A stretch of DNA of 64,000 nucleotides from Leptospira sp. GTDB lineage: Bacteria > Spirochaetota > Leptospiria > Leptospirales > Leptospiraceae. Location: positions 192,001 through 256,000 of the forward strand of contig JAWXAQ010000033.1 in NCBI GenBank assembly GCA_034439575.1, in the 5' to 3' direction. The position numbers were made by a program, and so were the translations under genes. This document shows, piece by piece, positions 1 to 10,717 of the stretch (within the stretch, counting starts at the first letter, position 1; each line of letters starts with the position of its first letter). Below the pieces are notes generated by a model. That model was given only the letters and a program-made list of their open reading frames with translations, was not told the origin of the DNA and searched no databases.

Positions 1-501
1 TTGCAGTATGACACCTACAGATCCTGTAACGGTTGTTGGGTGAGCGCCAATGGCATCAGTACTCATTGCGATATAGTAGGCTCCACTTGCGGCGGTATCC
101 ATAAAAACAGAATAGATCGGAATGTTTTTCTTTGCTTTGAATCTTAAAATTTCTTGGTAGATGATATCACTGGCAGTCACAGTTCCACCTGGTGAATTTA
201 TTTTTAAAAGTATGCCTTTGATTTCATTGTCTTTCTCTGCGTATTTGAGAGTTTCTTTGATCCTTGCTACTTGTGATTCTGAACTTGCCCCAAATAAGTT
301 ACCTTCTTTCGATTCGTCCGAAATAACGCCTTCGATGGGGATCACTAATATTTTATCTTTGTCTTTTCCTGATATGACCTTTTCTTCAAAATTGGGCTTT
401 GTGCCACCGAGGGAGGGAAAACTTGCGAAAATGCACTGTTCCAAAAAACAGACGGCAAAAACGAGTATAAAGGGTTTTAAAAAATGCTTCCGTAAAGACA
501 T
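1..501 (-). CDS. sppA: Signal peptide peptidase SppA (S49), N-terminal part; runs off the left edge of the window
   Basis: Not in the ORF track. Manual minus-strand translation from ATG at 501 gives MSLRKHFLKPF...ILVIPIEGVIS...KGILLKINSPGGTVTASDIIY...MDTAASGAYYIA...HPTTVTGSVGV, with the S49 motifs INSPGG, ASGAYY and TGSVGV. Confidence 0.9.
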   Translation of the reverse strand, partial: MSLRKHFLKPFILVFAVCFLEQCIFASFPSLGGTKPNFEEKVISGKDKDKILVIPIEGVISDESKEGNLFGASSESQVARIKETLKYAEKDNEIKGILLKINSPGGTVTASDIIYQEILRFKAKKNIPIYSVFMDTAASGAYYIAMSTDAIGAHPTTVTGSVGVILQ

Positions 502-525
502 AGAACCTTTTTATGATCGGAAAGA

Positions 526-1458
526 TTGGGTTCAATCATTTTTGGGGGAAAGTCTTTGTATCATTTAAAAACTAAAGCGGCCTCTTTTACAATACAACCT
601 ACAAATGGTGGCCAGTGGCTTGCCTTAAAGTTGGGATCCCCACTGGATGGAAAGGAAATGTCCATTGTGGCAGGTCACAAACCGGCAGATCCTTTTTTTG
701 CTTCAGGTTCATTTTTGATGTTTCCCTGGGTAAACCGCCTGGACCCAAATCCTTGGGCTAGGGAACCATTTTATCCGAGCAAACACTGGTTAACTGATGG
801 CAATGGTATCTCTTTACACGGGCTTTATCATAATCTCCCGAGAGTATTGAAAGAAGAATCCATTTCGCAAAGTGATAGTTTTGTTAGTTTTTCCTTCCTT
901 TTACCTCCCGAATGGAAAGACACAGTGATTGGCAAAATGTTAGTCACTGAATCCTTTTATCTGACAGATCATGAATTGAAAGTTTGTTATGAAGTAAAGA
1001 ACACATCAGACTCTGAGTTTTTGTTCGCACTGGGTATACATCCTTACTTTTGTTTGGGGGGAGAAAATACGATTGATGATCTATATTTATTTGGGTCTGG
1101 GTTTTCGGAAGTAAAGTTAGGTGATTTTCTATTGCCAGAAAAGATTGAAAAAGAGTCGGTTCGTTTTGCCTCCGAAATAAAACTAGAAGGCCTTAATCTC
1201 GACAATCTTTATAAGTCAAACGTGGAAGATGTCTCCAAATCCTATTTTGGTTTTTTTTCCATGAACCGAAGGGAAAGGGTGATCGTAGGTGGTGGATCGT
1301 TTTATCAAGTGTACACTCCATTAGATAGAAAATCCATAGCGATAGAACCAATGACGGCGACAGGAAATTTTTTACAATTTGAGCGCGAGTACGCATTGCA
1401 CTTGGGTCCAGGAGAGACAAAAAAAGTGGAATTTTTTATCAGAATAGAAACTTTTTAG
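526..1458 (+). CDS. Aldose 1-epimerase / galactose mutarotase-like protein
   Basis: Motifs LMFPWVNRL, LHGL, GIHPYF and QVYTP...IAIEPMT. Confidence 0.8.
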   Translation: MGSIIFGGKSLYHLKTKAASFTIQPTNGGQWLALKLGSPLDGKEMSIVAGHKPADPFFASGSFLMFPWVNRLDPNPWAREPFYPSKHWLTDGNGISLHGLYHNLPRVLKEESISQSDSFVSFSFLLPPEWKDTVIGKMLVTESFYLTDHELKVCYEVKNTSDSEFLFALGIHPYFCLGGENTIDDLYLFGSGFSEVKLGDFLLPEKIEKESVRFASEIKLEGLNLDNLYKSNVEDVSKSYFGFFSMNRRERVIVGGGSFYQVYTPLDRKSIAIEPMTATGNFLQFEREYALHLGPGETKKVEFFIRIETF

Positions 1459-1498
1459 AATAATTCTAGCGCGTCATTCGTCTAAAAAACGAGGTTCG

Positions 1499-1720
1499 AT
1501 GATCACTATGACTGAAATGATTCTGCAATCCTGTAAACAAGTTAGTAAAAATCTTTTAGAAATCAAGTATTTCGCTGAGAAAAAGAATACAAGTCGAACA
1601 TCCGTTTATAGAGCATTAAGCGACAAAAAACTAAACGAAGTTAAAATTGGAAAGAATTCACGTTTTATAATATTAGATGATAATGCTAAGAGATGGAAAC
1701 CTGGCCGTCAGACTTCATAA
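1499..1720 (+). CDS. Small helix-turn-helix DNA-binding protein (excisionase/HTH_17-like)
   Basis: 73 aa basic protein, LLEIKYFAEKKNTSRTSVYRALSDKKLNEVKIGKNSRFI resembles the Xis-type winged HTH; start may be 1508 or 1517. Confidence 0.55.
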   Translation: MITMTEMILQSCKQVSKNLLEIKYFAEKKNTSRTSVYRALSDKKLNEVKIGKNSRFIILDDNAKRWKPGRQTS

Positions 1721-2603
1721 GTTGATTCGCCAAATCCGTTTCTATTTCGGATAAATAATTTAAATTCAAATATTCCTTTTGAATTAGGTTATGCGTCGAC
1801 TTAGAAGGGTATGAGAATATTTCTTTTGGTATAAGTGCAATGAGTTCTTTGTCGGCTATGCCTTGCAGACCCCAAAAATTTAATAAAAAATTATCTGATG
1901 GAGTTTGTAAGGAATGTCCCATAAACACATACTTACTTTTTCCAAAACTAACATCGGAATATCTATCTTTTGCACGAATGAAAAGTTCAGCGACAATAGG
2001 AAATGGTTCAAAAAAAGTTTTGGTTTTGAATTTGTATTCTATTTTTTGTAATCGATAAATTCTAAAAAAACAATCTACCTTCCCATTAAAATCCAAAATT
2101 TGATTAGTGTTATAAAATTTTATATAATCAGAGTTAAGTGGCGATTGTAATTGTAAATACCTTAGATGACTTAAATGTAAACTTTTTGGTTTTTTTAGAA
2201 TTTTGCTAGCTTTAACTTTTAAGGACACTTTTTTTGTCGGTCTAGGTATTTTGTTTTCCAATAGTTCACTTAGCAAGGCTTGGATTTGGATTCTTTTTTC
2301 TGCCCGAAGTTTACCAGGAAAAAAGAGGTAATTGTACCTATCCCATCCTGCGAATTCAAATTGAACAACTAATTTGAGTTCCGAGTGCAAAATGGCTAGA
2401 GCCTTTGTTTCCCAATTGGATCCGTAAAAGTCCTTTAGGTGTTTCTGGAAAAGGTCACTCAAATTTTCTGTCAGCTTTTGTTTCAAAATACTTTCTTGGA
2501 CCTGGATGTGAGAGAAAAATAGATAAACATCCGTTTTGTGGTCTTTCTTTCTTTTTTTAAGTCCACGGAATATTTTTAATAATATAAAATATAATTTCAT
2601 CAT
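1686..2603 (-). CDS. Hypothetical protein (Lys/Phe-rich)
   Basis: 305 aa ORF filling the space between neighbours; no motif recognised. Confidence 0.55.
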   Translation of the reverse strand: MMKLYFILLKIFRGLKKRKKDHKTDVYLFFSHIQVQESILKQKLTENLSDLFQKHLKDFYGSNWETKALAILHSELKLVVQFEFAGWDRYNYLFFPGKLRAEKRIQIQALLSELLENKIPRPTKKVSLKVKASKILKKPKSLHLSHLRYLQLQSPLNSDYIKFYNTNQILDFNGKVDCFFRIYRLQKIEYKFKTKTFFEPFPIVAELFIRAKDRYSDVSFGKSKYVFMGHSLQTPSDNFLLNFWGLQGIADKELIALIPKEIFSYPSKSTHNLIQKEYLNLNYLSEIETDLANQLMKSDGQVSIS

Positions 2604-2638
2604 ATGAAGACTGTCGATTGGTCGATCTATAGAACAGA

Positions 2639-3409
2639 ATGACAGACTTAGCCTTTGAAAACAAAGATTTTTTATGGGGAAATGATGCCGGCCCCATACG
2701 TATCCTCTCCGAATACCTCCACCCGAAAGCGGAATTTACAAAAAAGGGAATCACTGATACAGTTGTAGTCTTTGGTTCTGCACGAATTCCAAGCAAAGAA
2801 GCATTGGCAAGTGACCCAAATCATCATAAAGAACTCGGCAATTTATTGCACTACTACCAAGACGCTGTCGAATTTTCCAAATTGATGACAGAGTGGGGCA
2901 AGTCTTTCCATACGGAATTTGCCGGACGTAGCCTTCATATTTGCACAGGCGGAGGACCAGGCATTATGGAAGCTGGAAACCGAGGGGCCAAGGAAGCGGA
3001 CGGAAAGTCCATTGCACTCAACATTGCCCTCCCACATGAACAAAATCCCAATCCTTTCGCAAGTCCCGATTTGAGTTTTGAATTCCATTACTTTTTTACA
3101 CGCAAACTTTGGTTTATGAAATATTGCCGGGGGATGATTGCCTTTCCAGGTGGATTTGGTACTTTTGATGAATTATTCGAAACACTCACATTGGTGCAAA
3201 CAGGTAAAAAATCCAAGATTCCCATCTTACTTTATGGCTCTGCGTTTTGGAAAAAAATTTTCAACTTCCAAGCCTTGGCTGATTTTGGACTGATTTCTCC
3301 CCAAGACCTTCACTTATTTGCTTTTGCAGATACGCCTGCCGAAGCATTTGCTTACTTCCAGGAAAAGATTCGTTTGGAATTGACCAAGAAATTAGGTACA
3401 AAAACATAG
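2639..3409 (+). CDS. LOG-family (TIGR00730-type) nucleotide phosphoribohydrolase
   Basis: [30 protein letters not shown] and PGGFGTFDE motifs. Confidence 0.9.
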   Translation: MTDLAFENKDFLWGNDAGPIRILSEYLHPKAEFTKKGITDTVVVFGSARIPSKEALASDPNHHKELGNLLHYYQDAVEFSKLMTEWGKSFHTEFAGRSLHICTGGGPGIMEAGNRGAKEADGKSIALNIALPHEQNPNPFASPDLSFEFHYFFTRKLWFMKYCRGMIAFPGGFGTFDELFETLTLVQTGKKSKIPILLYGSAFWKKIFNFQALADFGLISPQDLHLFAFADTPAEAFAYFQEKIRLELTKKLGTKT

Positions 3410-3428
3410 CGGAAATAAGGGAAATCAT

Positions 3429-3719
3429 ATGGCAAGAACATGCGTAGTAACAGGAAAAGGAACGACAGCGGGAAATAACGTTGCTCACTCCCACAAAAAG
3501 AATCGTAGGATTTGGAAAGTGAATGTGGTTACTAAAAAAATATTCTTAGAAGATGAAAACAGATGGGTTCGTGTGAAAATTTCAACGCGAGCACTCAGAA
3601 CTCTTCGTAAAAAAGGATTAAAAGTGGCCATTAAAGATCACGGCGGAGATATCGGCGCGATCGCTCCTAAAAAATACATTGGTGTCACACCTACAAAAGC
3701 GAAAGTCGCAGTCGCTTAA
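3429..3719 (+). CDS. rpmB: 50S ribosomal protein L28
   Basis: [32 protein letters not shown]...KISTRALRT. Confidence 0.97.
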   Translation: MARTCVVTGKGTTAGNNVAHSHKKNRRIWKVNVVTKKIFLEDENRWVRVKISTRALRTLRKKGLKVAIKDHGGDIGAIAPKKYIGVTPTKAKVAVA

Positions 3720-3740
3720 ACTTTTCTTCTCTCGGGCGAC

Positions 3741-4394
3741 ATGAAAAAGTCCGAGAAAAAACCTTCCCCCGAATTTGCAAAAACCATATACGATAAGTTA
3801 TATGAAGAATTCGGGGAAGTAGAAACCCCTCTCCATTTCAAAGCTCCTCACGAACTGGCCATTGCAGTCATACTTTCTGCGCAATGCACGGATGAACGAG
3901 TCAATTTAGTGACTCCAGCCTTATTTGAAACCTTCCCCACTTTAGAATCATTCGCCAAAGCAAAGTTATCTCAGATAGAAAAACTAATATTCTCAACTGG
4001 ATTTTATCGTAATAAAGCAAAAAACATCCAAGGATTTGCGAAGATGTTGATTGAGAATTATAGCGGCATCATTCCAAATCAATTGGAAGAGGCGATTAAG
4101 TTACCAGGTTTTGGTAGAAAAACCGCCAATGTGGTGTTAAATGAAATCTATGGAGTGAACGAAGGTTTTGTGGTAGACACTCATGTCAAAAGACTGACAA
4201 AAAGACTCGGACTCACAAAACATTCCGATCCGATTAAAATTGAAAAAGATATTATGGTTTTGCTTGCACCGCATTTATATCGAAACTTTTCTCTGTACCT
4301 AATATTTCTCGGTCGAAAGAATTGCCAAGCCCGCCGTACGGATTGCCCAAATTGTAAACTTGCGGAGATTTGTCCTTCGTACTCTGAGAATTAG
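3741..4394 (+). CDS. nth: Endonuclease III
   Basis: ILSAQCTDERVN, HhH motif LPGFGRKTANVV, VDTHV and C-terminal 4Fe-4S motif C-x6-C-x2-C-x5-C. Confidence 0.95.
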   Translation: MKKSEKKPSPEFAKTIYDKLYEEFGEVETPLHFKAPHELAIAVILSAQCTDERVNLVTPALFETFPTLESFAKAKLSQIEKLIFSTGFYRNKAKNIQGFAKMLIENYSGIIPNQLEEAIKLPGFGRKTANVVLNEIYGVNEGFVVDTHVKRLTKRLGLTKHSDPIKIEKDIMVLLAPHLYRNFSLYLIFLGRKNCQARRTDCPNCKLAEICPSYSEN

Positions 4395-5085
4395 CTGGCA
4401 ATACTTCTTCTTCTACGCTTGGATGTTTTCTTTTCCAAGAACGATTTCTATCTTGGAGATTGATAGAGAGAACATCATGGTGCATTCGAATCAAATTTCT
4501 TTTCCTAAAATAAAGATCCAATACTCCCAATTTTCCAAAATCTGTAGGGCAATGAATTTGATGCACATTTCCAATATAAACAAAACTAGCTTCCTTACCA
4601 GGTTCTGCCAAAAGAAAGATAGGTAAATTTGATGCATCGGGGAAAGTTTGTGGTATGGAGGGATTTAATTTTTCTTCATGAGTTTTCACAAAATAAACCA
4701 AGGCATCTAGATCATTTGGATCGAAATCTTCTTTTGTTTTATCATTTAAAAAGCCTAATCCGAGTTTGACGAGACCAATTTCCAAAACATTCCCTTTGTC
4801 AGATTGATAACCATCATAGGGAAACGTTTTTAAGTTTTTATCATCTGATTTAAGAAAGGGAAATAAAAGGTAGGCTCTTCCGTCTTTTTTTTCATGGTTT
4901 TGTTTTTCTGATTCCACCCATGAAAGGAGGGCACCCATTCCCCCTCTACCTTCCGCATTCATTTTGGTAATAGCATTTTTGCCACAATGAAAGAAGAGCT
5001 TTATGGGGCGGTCTTCCAAACTCGGATGAGAATCTATGGAAATGGTAAAAATAATAATGCTAAATAATATGACGTGAATCTTCAT
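4252..5085 (-). CDS. Exported hypothetical protein, remote resemblance to a 5'-nucleotidase N-terminal metallophosphoesterase fold without catalytic motifs
   Basis: N-terminal hydrophobic signal; EGRGGMGALLSWV and GKLGVLDLYF segments echo 5'-nucleotidase; overlaps the nth 3' end by 143 bp. Confidence 0.5.
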   Translation of the reverse strand: MKIHVILFSIIIFTISIDSHPSLEDRPIKLFFHCGKNAITKMNAEGRGGMGALLSWVESEKQNHEKKDGRAYLLFPFLKSDDKNLKTFPYDGYQSDKGNVLEIGLVKLGLGFLNDKTKEDFDPNDLDALVYFVKTHEEKLNPSIPQTFPDASNLPIFLLAEPGKEASFVYIGNVHQIHCPTDFGKLGVLDLYFRKRNLIRMHHDVLSINLQDRNRSWKRKHPSVEEEVLPANSQSTKDKSPQVYNLGNPYGGLGNSFDREILGTEKSFDINAVQAKP

Positions 5086-5181
5086 TGGCAAAGAACCTTA
5101 ATCCAAAGAACGGTAAATATTGGGGAATCATGAACCAAAAAATATGTAAGCTGTCTAACATTAGGATGGAAACCAAATAAA

Positions 5182-6093
5182 ATGAAACTCATCCGAAACC
5201 TTATTTTGTATGGAAAAATGATAAAATTCTCACATACCCTTTTTGCCTTACCATTTGCAGGCATTGCTTTTATACTGGCCTTCCTCGAATCCTCTTTGGA
5301 GATCAATGATATAGTCCGCATCGGGTTACTTTGTATCCTTTGTATGGTGAGTGCCAGAAGTGCCGCTATGGGTTTTAACCGTTATGTGGATGCAGAGATT
5401 GATGAAAAAAATCCTAGGACAGAAAAAAGAGAAATCCCTGCAGGAAAAATCTCAAAGATTTCATCTTTGCTTTTTATAGGCCTTTCTTCGTTTATTTTTA
5501 TTTTATCTAGTTTTTTCGTAAATAAATTAGCATTTTTATTATCTTTTCCTGCACTCTTTCTATTATTTTTATATTCACTTACGAAAAGGTTTACACTTTT
5601 TTGTCACCTAATTTTGGGTTTTGCGCTCGCCTTGGCTCCGCTTGGCGCCTGGATAGCAATAACCGAATCCATAAGTCTTGTTCCTGTATTATTTTCATTG
5701 GGTTTGCTATTCCATATAGCCGCATTTGATGTGTTATACGCAATTCAGGATATGGAGTTTGACAAAAAAAACGAATTACATTCCATTCCAGCTAAATTAG
5801 GTGAAAAAAAAGCCAGGACTATCGCCATATTGCTTCATCTTCTTTCTATATCGATATTCGTTGTGGCTGGAAAAAATTCAGAACTCGGTTATTCTTATTT
5901 TATAATGCTCGGAATCATTGCCCTACTTATTTTCTATGAGCACCAATTGTCTTGGAAACATGAAGCGAAAGAATTGCCTATAGAATTTTATCAAATCAAT
6001 TCTTATATCAGTGTGGTATTGTTACTCGCTATCCTTATTGATAAATGGGGAGATATTGTATTGAAGATTTCTTCTGGTTTATCGCTTAGATGA
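5182..6093 (+). CDS. UbiA-like polyprenyltransferase (MqnP/futalosine-pathway type)
   Basis: [35 protein letters not shown] and [13 protein letters not shown] motifs; multiple TM segments. Confidence 0.88.
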   Translation: MKLIRNLILYGKMIKFSHTLFALPFAGIAFILAFLESSLEINDIVRIGLLCILCMVSARSAAMGFNRYVDAEIDEKNPRTEKREIPAGKISKISSLLFIGLSSFIFILSSFFVNKLAFLLSFPALFLLFLYSLTKRFTLFCHLILGFALALAPLGAWIAITESISLVPVLFSLGLLFHIAAFDVLYAIQDMEFDKKNELHSIPAKLGEKKARTIAILLHLLSISIFVVAGKNSELGYSYFIMLGIIALLIFYEHQLSWKHEAKELPIEFYQINSYISVVLLLAILIDKWGDIVLKISSGLSLR

Positions 6094-6686
6094 AATTAGT
6101 CGTAGGTTTAGCGGGTGCAAGCGGGTCAATTTATGCAGTTTCATTTTTACGAGCTCTCTCTCATCTGGAGGGGGAAAGTTATTTTATTGTCAGTCCACCA
6201 TCACTTAGGATTTTTTCAGAAGAATACGAAACAAAAGTATCGAAACCAGAAGAGATTTTAGAGTTTATTGCATCTCGTTACCATTTTGGTAACAGGCATA
6301 AGTTTCATATTCGTAATTTTCATGATATAGGAGCAGACATTGCGAGTGGATCAAATGTATGGGATGCCATGGTTGTGATTCCATGCAGTATGAAAACTAT
6401 CGCATCCATAAATGCGGGTCTAACCGAGAATCTGATTGAAAGAGCCGCTGACGTGAGTTTAAAAGAAAGACGTAAACTCATTGTTGTTCCAAGAGAAACT
6501 CCATATAACCGCATTCATCTGCGAAATTTACTTTCTTTGGATGAGGCAGGGGGCATTATACTTCCTGCTTCTCCAGGATTCTATCAAATGCCAAAAACAT
6601 TGGATGACCTGGGAGATTTTATCGCAGGACGAGTGTTTAATTTGTTAGGTGTGGATGTATCCCTTTTTCCTAAGTGGGAGGGGTGA
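6090..6686 (+). CDS. ubiX: Flavin prenyltransferase UbiX
   Basis: [46 protein letters not shown]; 4-bp overlap with the upstream gene. Confidence 0.93.
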   Translation: MKLVVGLAGASGSIYAVSFLRALSHLEGESYFIVSPPSLRIFSEEYETKVSKPEEILEFIASRYHFGNRHKFHIRNFHDIGADIASGSNVWDAMVVIPCSMKTIASINAGLTENLIERAADVSLKERRKLIVVPRETPYNRIHLRNLLSLDEAGGIILPASPGFYQMPKTLDDLGDFIAGRVFNLLGVDVSLFPKWEG

Positions 6687-7083
6687 ATTTCCGAAAGTGG
6701 GGGTAAGGTTTTCCATTTTCACCTAAACAAACATAGGTGATCTCACTTTCTATCACTTCGGAAATTTTTCTAGTTTGTGGATTGTTTGTCACAGCGAGGG
6801 TAATGCTCGTGACTGATGATTTACCATACTTTACGATCTTTCCATAAATTTGTATGATATCGCCAGCCCTTGCAGGAGAACGAAAGACTACATTGTCCAT
6901 AGAAATCGTGACTATGTTTGTGTATTGAATTTTTGTCATCACAAACATGGCCATACCCTCATCGATCCATGATAACATTTTGCCACCGAAAAGGTTGTTG
7001 TGATAGTTTAAGTCATCTGGTTGGACTAAGTGTTGTGTCACTAGTTCCATATCTTGCAATTTTAATAAGGTCGATTCTGACAT
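6670..7083 (-). CDS. Acyl-CoA thioesterase (hotdog fold, YciA-like)
   Basis: [21 protein letters not shown] motif. Confidence 0.88.
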   Translation of the reverse strand: MSESTLLKLQDMELVTQHLVQPDDLNYHNNLFGGKMLSWIDEGMAMFVMTKIQYTNIVTISMDNVVFRSPARAGDIIQIYGKIVKYGKSSVTSITLAVTNNPQTRKISEVIESEITYVCLGENGKPYPHFRKFTPPT

Positions 7084-7150
7084 TTTACCAATAAAATTTT
7101 GTTTTCGATTTCTTCGATACCAAAAACCCTTGATAAAAGATTTGAATCAA

Positions 7151-8095
7151 ATGTATTCATACTCCCACAGGAACATCCTCGACACCCTCCAATTTTCCAA
7201 AGAAGACTTAGATTTTTTAATTGAAAGATCCCAAGTGATGCAAGGCCTACATGAATCAGGGGAAGCCTTTGGAATTCTCAAAGGTAAATTACTCGCCTCC
7301 CTTTTTTTTGAAGCCTCCACAAGAACTAGACTTTCTTTTGAAACCGCAATGGAGAGGTTAGGTGGTAGACTCGTCTCAACTGTAGGATTCCAATTTTCTT
7401 CGATATCAAAAGGTGAAACTCTCTATGATACTATGAAAATGATCGAAGGTTATGTGGACATTGCCGTCATTCGTCACCCTGTGGAAGGGAGTTCCAGAAT
7501 TGCCGCTGGAGCTGTTTCGATTCCGGTCATCAATGCAGGGGATGGAGCAGGCCAACACCCGACTCAAGCCTTACTCGATCTTTATACGATCATGTCAGAA
7601 AAAGGGCGATTGGATAATTTGAGTATAGCCTTTATCGGAGATCTCAAGTATGGTCGGACGATACATTCGCTTATCAATTTGCTTCGACATTATAAAGTTC
7701 ATTTGTATTTGATTTCTCCTGAAGAACTTCGACTTCCTGATTCTTATAAAAAACACCTAAATGGTTTTCCTATGACATGGGAAGAAACAACAGATATAAA
7801 AGCTGTGTGGGATTCTGATGTTGCTTATGTGACTCGCATCCAAGAAGAACGATTTGCAGATCATAGAGAATACGAAAAATTAAAAGATATTTATAAAGTG
7901 AATAAAGAACTTGTTCTTGCTTCCAAAAAACAAACGACCATATTGCATCCGTTACCTCGCGTAAATGAACTTTCGACAGACGTAGATGATCTGCCAAATG
8001 CCGCATACTTCAGGCAGGCAAAATATGGAGTCGTAGTTCGTATGGCATTATTATGTTTGAGTCTTGGTGTTAAATTTGGTGAGAAACACTATTAG
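7151..8095 (+). CDS. pyrB: Aspartate carbamoyltransferase catalytic subunit
   Basis: [37 protein letters not shown] and HPLPR motifs; ATG at 7151 preferred over TTG at 7130. Confidence 0.96.
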   Translation: MYSYSHRNILDTLQFSKEDLDFLIERSQVMQGLHESGEAFGILKGKLLASLFFEASTRTRLSFETAMERLGGRLVSTVGFQFSSISKGETLYDTMKMIEGYVDIAVIRHPVEGSSRIAAGAVSIPVINAGDGAGQHPTQALLDLYTIMSEKGRLDNLSIAFIGDLKYGRTIHSLINLLRHYKVHLYLISPEELRLPDSYKKHLNGFPMTWEETTDIKAVWDSDVAYVTRIQEERFADHREYEKLKDIYKVNKELVLASKKQTTILHPLPRVNELSTDVDDLPNAAYFRQAKYGVVVRMALLCLSLGVKFGEKHY

Positions 8096-8467
8096 ATGAC
8101 AAAAAAAATTTGGTCATTACTTGAGGCACGTGAAATGCTTCCGCTTGTAAAAGACATTACTAGCGAATATTATTTGAAGTCTAGTAACCTAGCAAGTGAA
8201 CTACGCACAAAAGTTTTCCCAGAAAACGTATTGGAAGAAAAAGAAGATAAGATATCAGAACTCGTTCAAACTTGGTCCAATGAAATATTGGCACTCGGAA
8301 TGGATGTCAAAGGCCTTTGGCTTGTAGATTTTGATCATGGAAATGGATATTATTGTTGGACTTGGGGCGAAGAAGATGTGTTATACGAACATGGGTATAA
8401 TGATGGCTTTCGTTCTAGAAAATTAATCGAAGAACCAAAAGAGGAATCAGATGACGGGAATCAATGA
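8096..8467 (+). CDS. DUF2203-family protein
   Basis: [13 protein letters not shown]...KGLWLVDF...YYCWTWGE...[12 protein letters not shown] pattern. Confidence 0.75.
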   Translation: MTKKIWSLLEAREMLPLVKDITSEYYLKSSNLASELRTKVFPENVLEEKEDKISELVQTWSNEILALGMDVKGLWLVDFDHGNGYYCWTWGEEDVLYEHGYNDGFRSRKLIEEPKEESDDGNQ

Positions 8468-9677
8468 AAATTATTTAAAATTAAAAGCAGGATATTTATT
8501 TCCTGAGATCGGTAGAAGAGTCAAAGCATATTCGGAAGCGCATCCAAATGAAAAAATCATTCGGCTAGGGATAGGGGATGTTACTCTTCCACTTGCACCA
8601 AGCATAGTAAATGCGATGGTTGATGCCGCCAAAGAAATGGGAAGTGCCAATGGATTCCATGGATATGGTCCCGAACAGGGATATAGTTTTTTAATCCAAA
8701 AAATCATAGAACACGATTATACCAAACGTGGTGTAAAAATTAGCGAAGATGAAGTTTTTGTTTCTGATGGATCAAAATGTGACTGTGGAAATATTCAGGA
8801 AATATTTTCGCTAGATAGTAAAATCGCAGTCGTAGATCCCGTTTATCCAGTGTATGTTGATACCAATGTGATGGCAGGACGTACTGGTGAAATTGATGCG
8901 AATGGTCGTTATGCCAATATCGTTTATATGCCAGCAACGGAATCAAATAACTTTGAACCAGATTTCCCTAAAGAAAAAGCAGATATCATTTACCTTTGTT
9001 ATCCGAATAATCCCACAGGAATGGTCGCTACCAAATCTCGCCTAACGGAATGGGTAAACTTTGCAAAAAAAAGTGGAAGTATCATCCTTTATGATTCTGC
9101 CTATGAGTCTTTTATCCAAGATCCAGAAATTCCAAAATCGATTTATGAAATCGAAGGCGCCAAAGAAGTGGCTATGGAATTTCGTTCCTTCTCTAAAACA
9201 GCGGGATTTACAGGAACAAGATGTGCCTATCTCGTGATCCCAAAAGAACTGAAAGGAAAAACTTCGAAAGGGGAAGAAGTGGCTTTTAATTCTCTATGGG
9301 CCAGACGTCATACGACCAAATTTAATGGTGTCTCCTATATCACACAAAAAGGGGCGGAAGCCGTATTTTCCGCACAAGGCCAAATCGAAATCAAAGAGCA
9401 GATTTCCTATTATATGCAAAATGCGAAACTCATCCGAGAAGGTTTAACAAAGGCAGGTTATGCTGTTTTTGGGGGAATGAATGCTCCCTACATTTGGTTA
9501 AAAACTTCGAATGGCTTAAAATCTTGGGAATTTTTTGATCATTTATTATCAAAAGCGCAAGTTGTCGGAACTCCTGGATCGGGTTTTGGACCAGCCGGAG
9601 AAGGATATTTTCGACTTTCTGCCTTCGGAAAGAGAGAAGATGTGATTTCTGCTCTAGAACGCATACAAAAATTGTAA
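8451..9677 (+). CDS. dapL: LL-diaminopimelate aminotransferase
   Basis: [45 protein letters not shown] and PGSGFG motifs. Confidence 0.96.
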   Translation: MTGINENYLKLKAGYLFPEIGRRVKAYSEAHPNEKIIRLGIGDVTLPLAPSIVNAMVDAAKEMGSANGFHGYGPEQGYSFLIQKIIEHDYTKRGVKISEDEVFVSDGSKCDCGNIQEIFSLDSKIAVVDPVYPVYVDTNVMAGRTGEIDANGRYANIVYMPATESNNFEPDFPKEKADIIYLCYPNNPTGMVATKSRLTEWVNFAKKSGSIILYDSAYESFIQDPEIPKSIYEIEGAKEVAMEFRSFSKTAGFTGTRCAYLVIPKELKGKTSKGEEVAFNSLWARRHTTKFNGVSYITQKGAEAVFSAQGQIEIKEQISYYMQNAKLIREGLTKAGYAVFGGMNAPYIWLKTSNGLKSWEFFDHLLSKAQVVGTPGSGFGPAGEGYFRLSAFGKREDVISALERIQKL

Positions 9678-9684
9678 AAATTGA

Positions 9685-9711
9685 GCAAGGTTTTCCTGAT
9701 AGCTCCGATAT
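9685..9711 (+). promoter_or_regulatory. Possible sigma28 (FliA)-type promoter
   Basis: GCAA-N15-TCCGATAT versus consensus TAAA-N15-GCCGATAA, ending 18 nt before the ATG at 9730. Confidence 0.35.
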
Positions 9712-9729
9712 ATATTACAAGGTAGAGCT

Positions 9730-10716
9730 ATGGGAAAATGGAAATACATCCTCTTTACGGTACTTGCGGGATTGCATATCTCGCATTTAAGTGCTGTGTC
9801 CCCCGAACAAACGAATTTGGGGATATTGATCTTCGAGAACAAGGAAAACATCAATTTCATTAACGTGTGTTTGAGTAACCTTGCCCCTCCACAAGAAGAA
9901 GCGCAAGGCAAACCACAACCAGGTGCGCCCGCAACTGAACCTGCGAAAAAAAATATTGATCATGATTACTTCAAATTATTGAAGGAAGCAAATCAATCTG
10001 ACTTTAGCGGAAACATGTGGTATTTACAGAGTAATTACACTTATTCATTTCGTCAGCTACGACGTGCGCAAGGTGAATTGAAAAATATTTTTGAAGTAGT
10101 GATTCAAAAATACATTGAAGATGCAAGATCTTTGTTAGAATCTGCGGCACCAACTATTATTCGTTCTAATGATAGTCAATCCAAAGCATTACTTAGGTTA
10201 GGCTTCCGTGACCTACGTTCTTCTGAAGACTTATATACTACGGGACTCAATTCAAGTCCGCACCAGTTTCGATATAAGCTGAAATTGTATCAAGAAGGCA
10301 TCTTAACACTTCGCCGTGCAAAACGTTTTGCGATCCTTGCTATGATCTATAGCAAAACTCCGGATGAAGACAAAGCAGAATACCAATATAGATCGAACGA
10401 AGACTTAAAAGAAGCTCGTGCCGAAGAAAAACAAAGAAATTACGAAAAGGTTCGTGATACTTTGATTAACTTTATCGAGAACAAAAGAATGGAACGTACA
10501 GTACAACCTCCGGGCAATCCTGATGCAAAACCATTGGATCTTTTGGAACAACACGATGACAATTACGGATTTATCACCGCCAAACGTCTCGACCTTTTAT
10601 TAGAAGCGAATGCACAGATAAAAGAAACAGAAGGCGCCAAACGCGAATCAGTCCCTGCTGTTCCCGTTATCGATGATCAAGGCAAAGCTTCCTACCCAGA
10701 AGCTCCTAAAAAATAA
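9730..10716 (+). CDS. OmpL37-family surface protein/adhesin
   Basis: Signal peptide followed by VSPEQTNLGILIFENKENINFINV, recalled as the Leptospira OmpL37 family N-terminus; helical body. Confidence 0.65.
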   Translation: MGKWKYILFTVLAGLHISHLSAVSPEQTNLGILIFENKENINFINVCLSNLAPPQEEAQGKPQPGAPATEPAKKNIDHDYFKLLKEANQSDFSGNMWYLQSNYTYSFRQLRRAQGELKNIFEVVIQKYIEDARSLLESAAPTIIRSNDSQSKALLRLGFRDLRSSEDLYTTGLNSSPHQFRYKLKLYQEGILTLRRAKRFAILAMIYSKTPDEDKAEYQYRSNEDLKEARAEEKQRNYEKVRDTLINFIENKRMERTVQPPGNPDAKPLDLLEQHDDNYGFITAKRLDLLLEANAQIKETEGAKRESVPAVPVIDDQGKASYPEAPKK

Positions 10717-10717
10717 T

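Noticed and set aside
161..568. 135-aa plus-strand ORF in the track
   Set aside because: Antisense shadow of sppA, which is clearly encoded on the minus strand (1-501).
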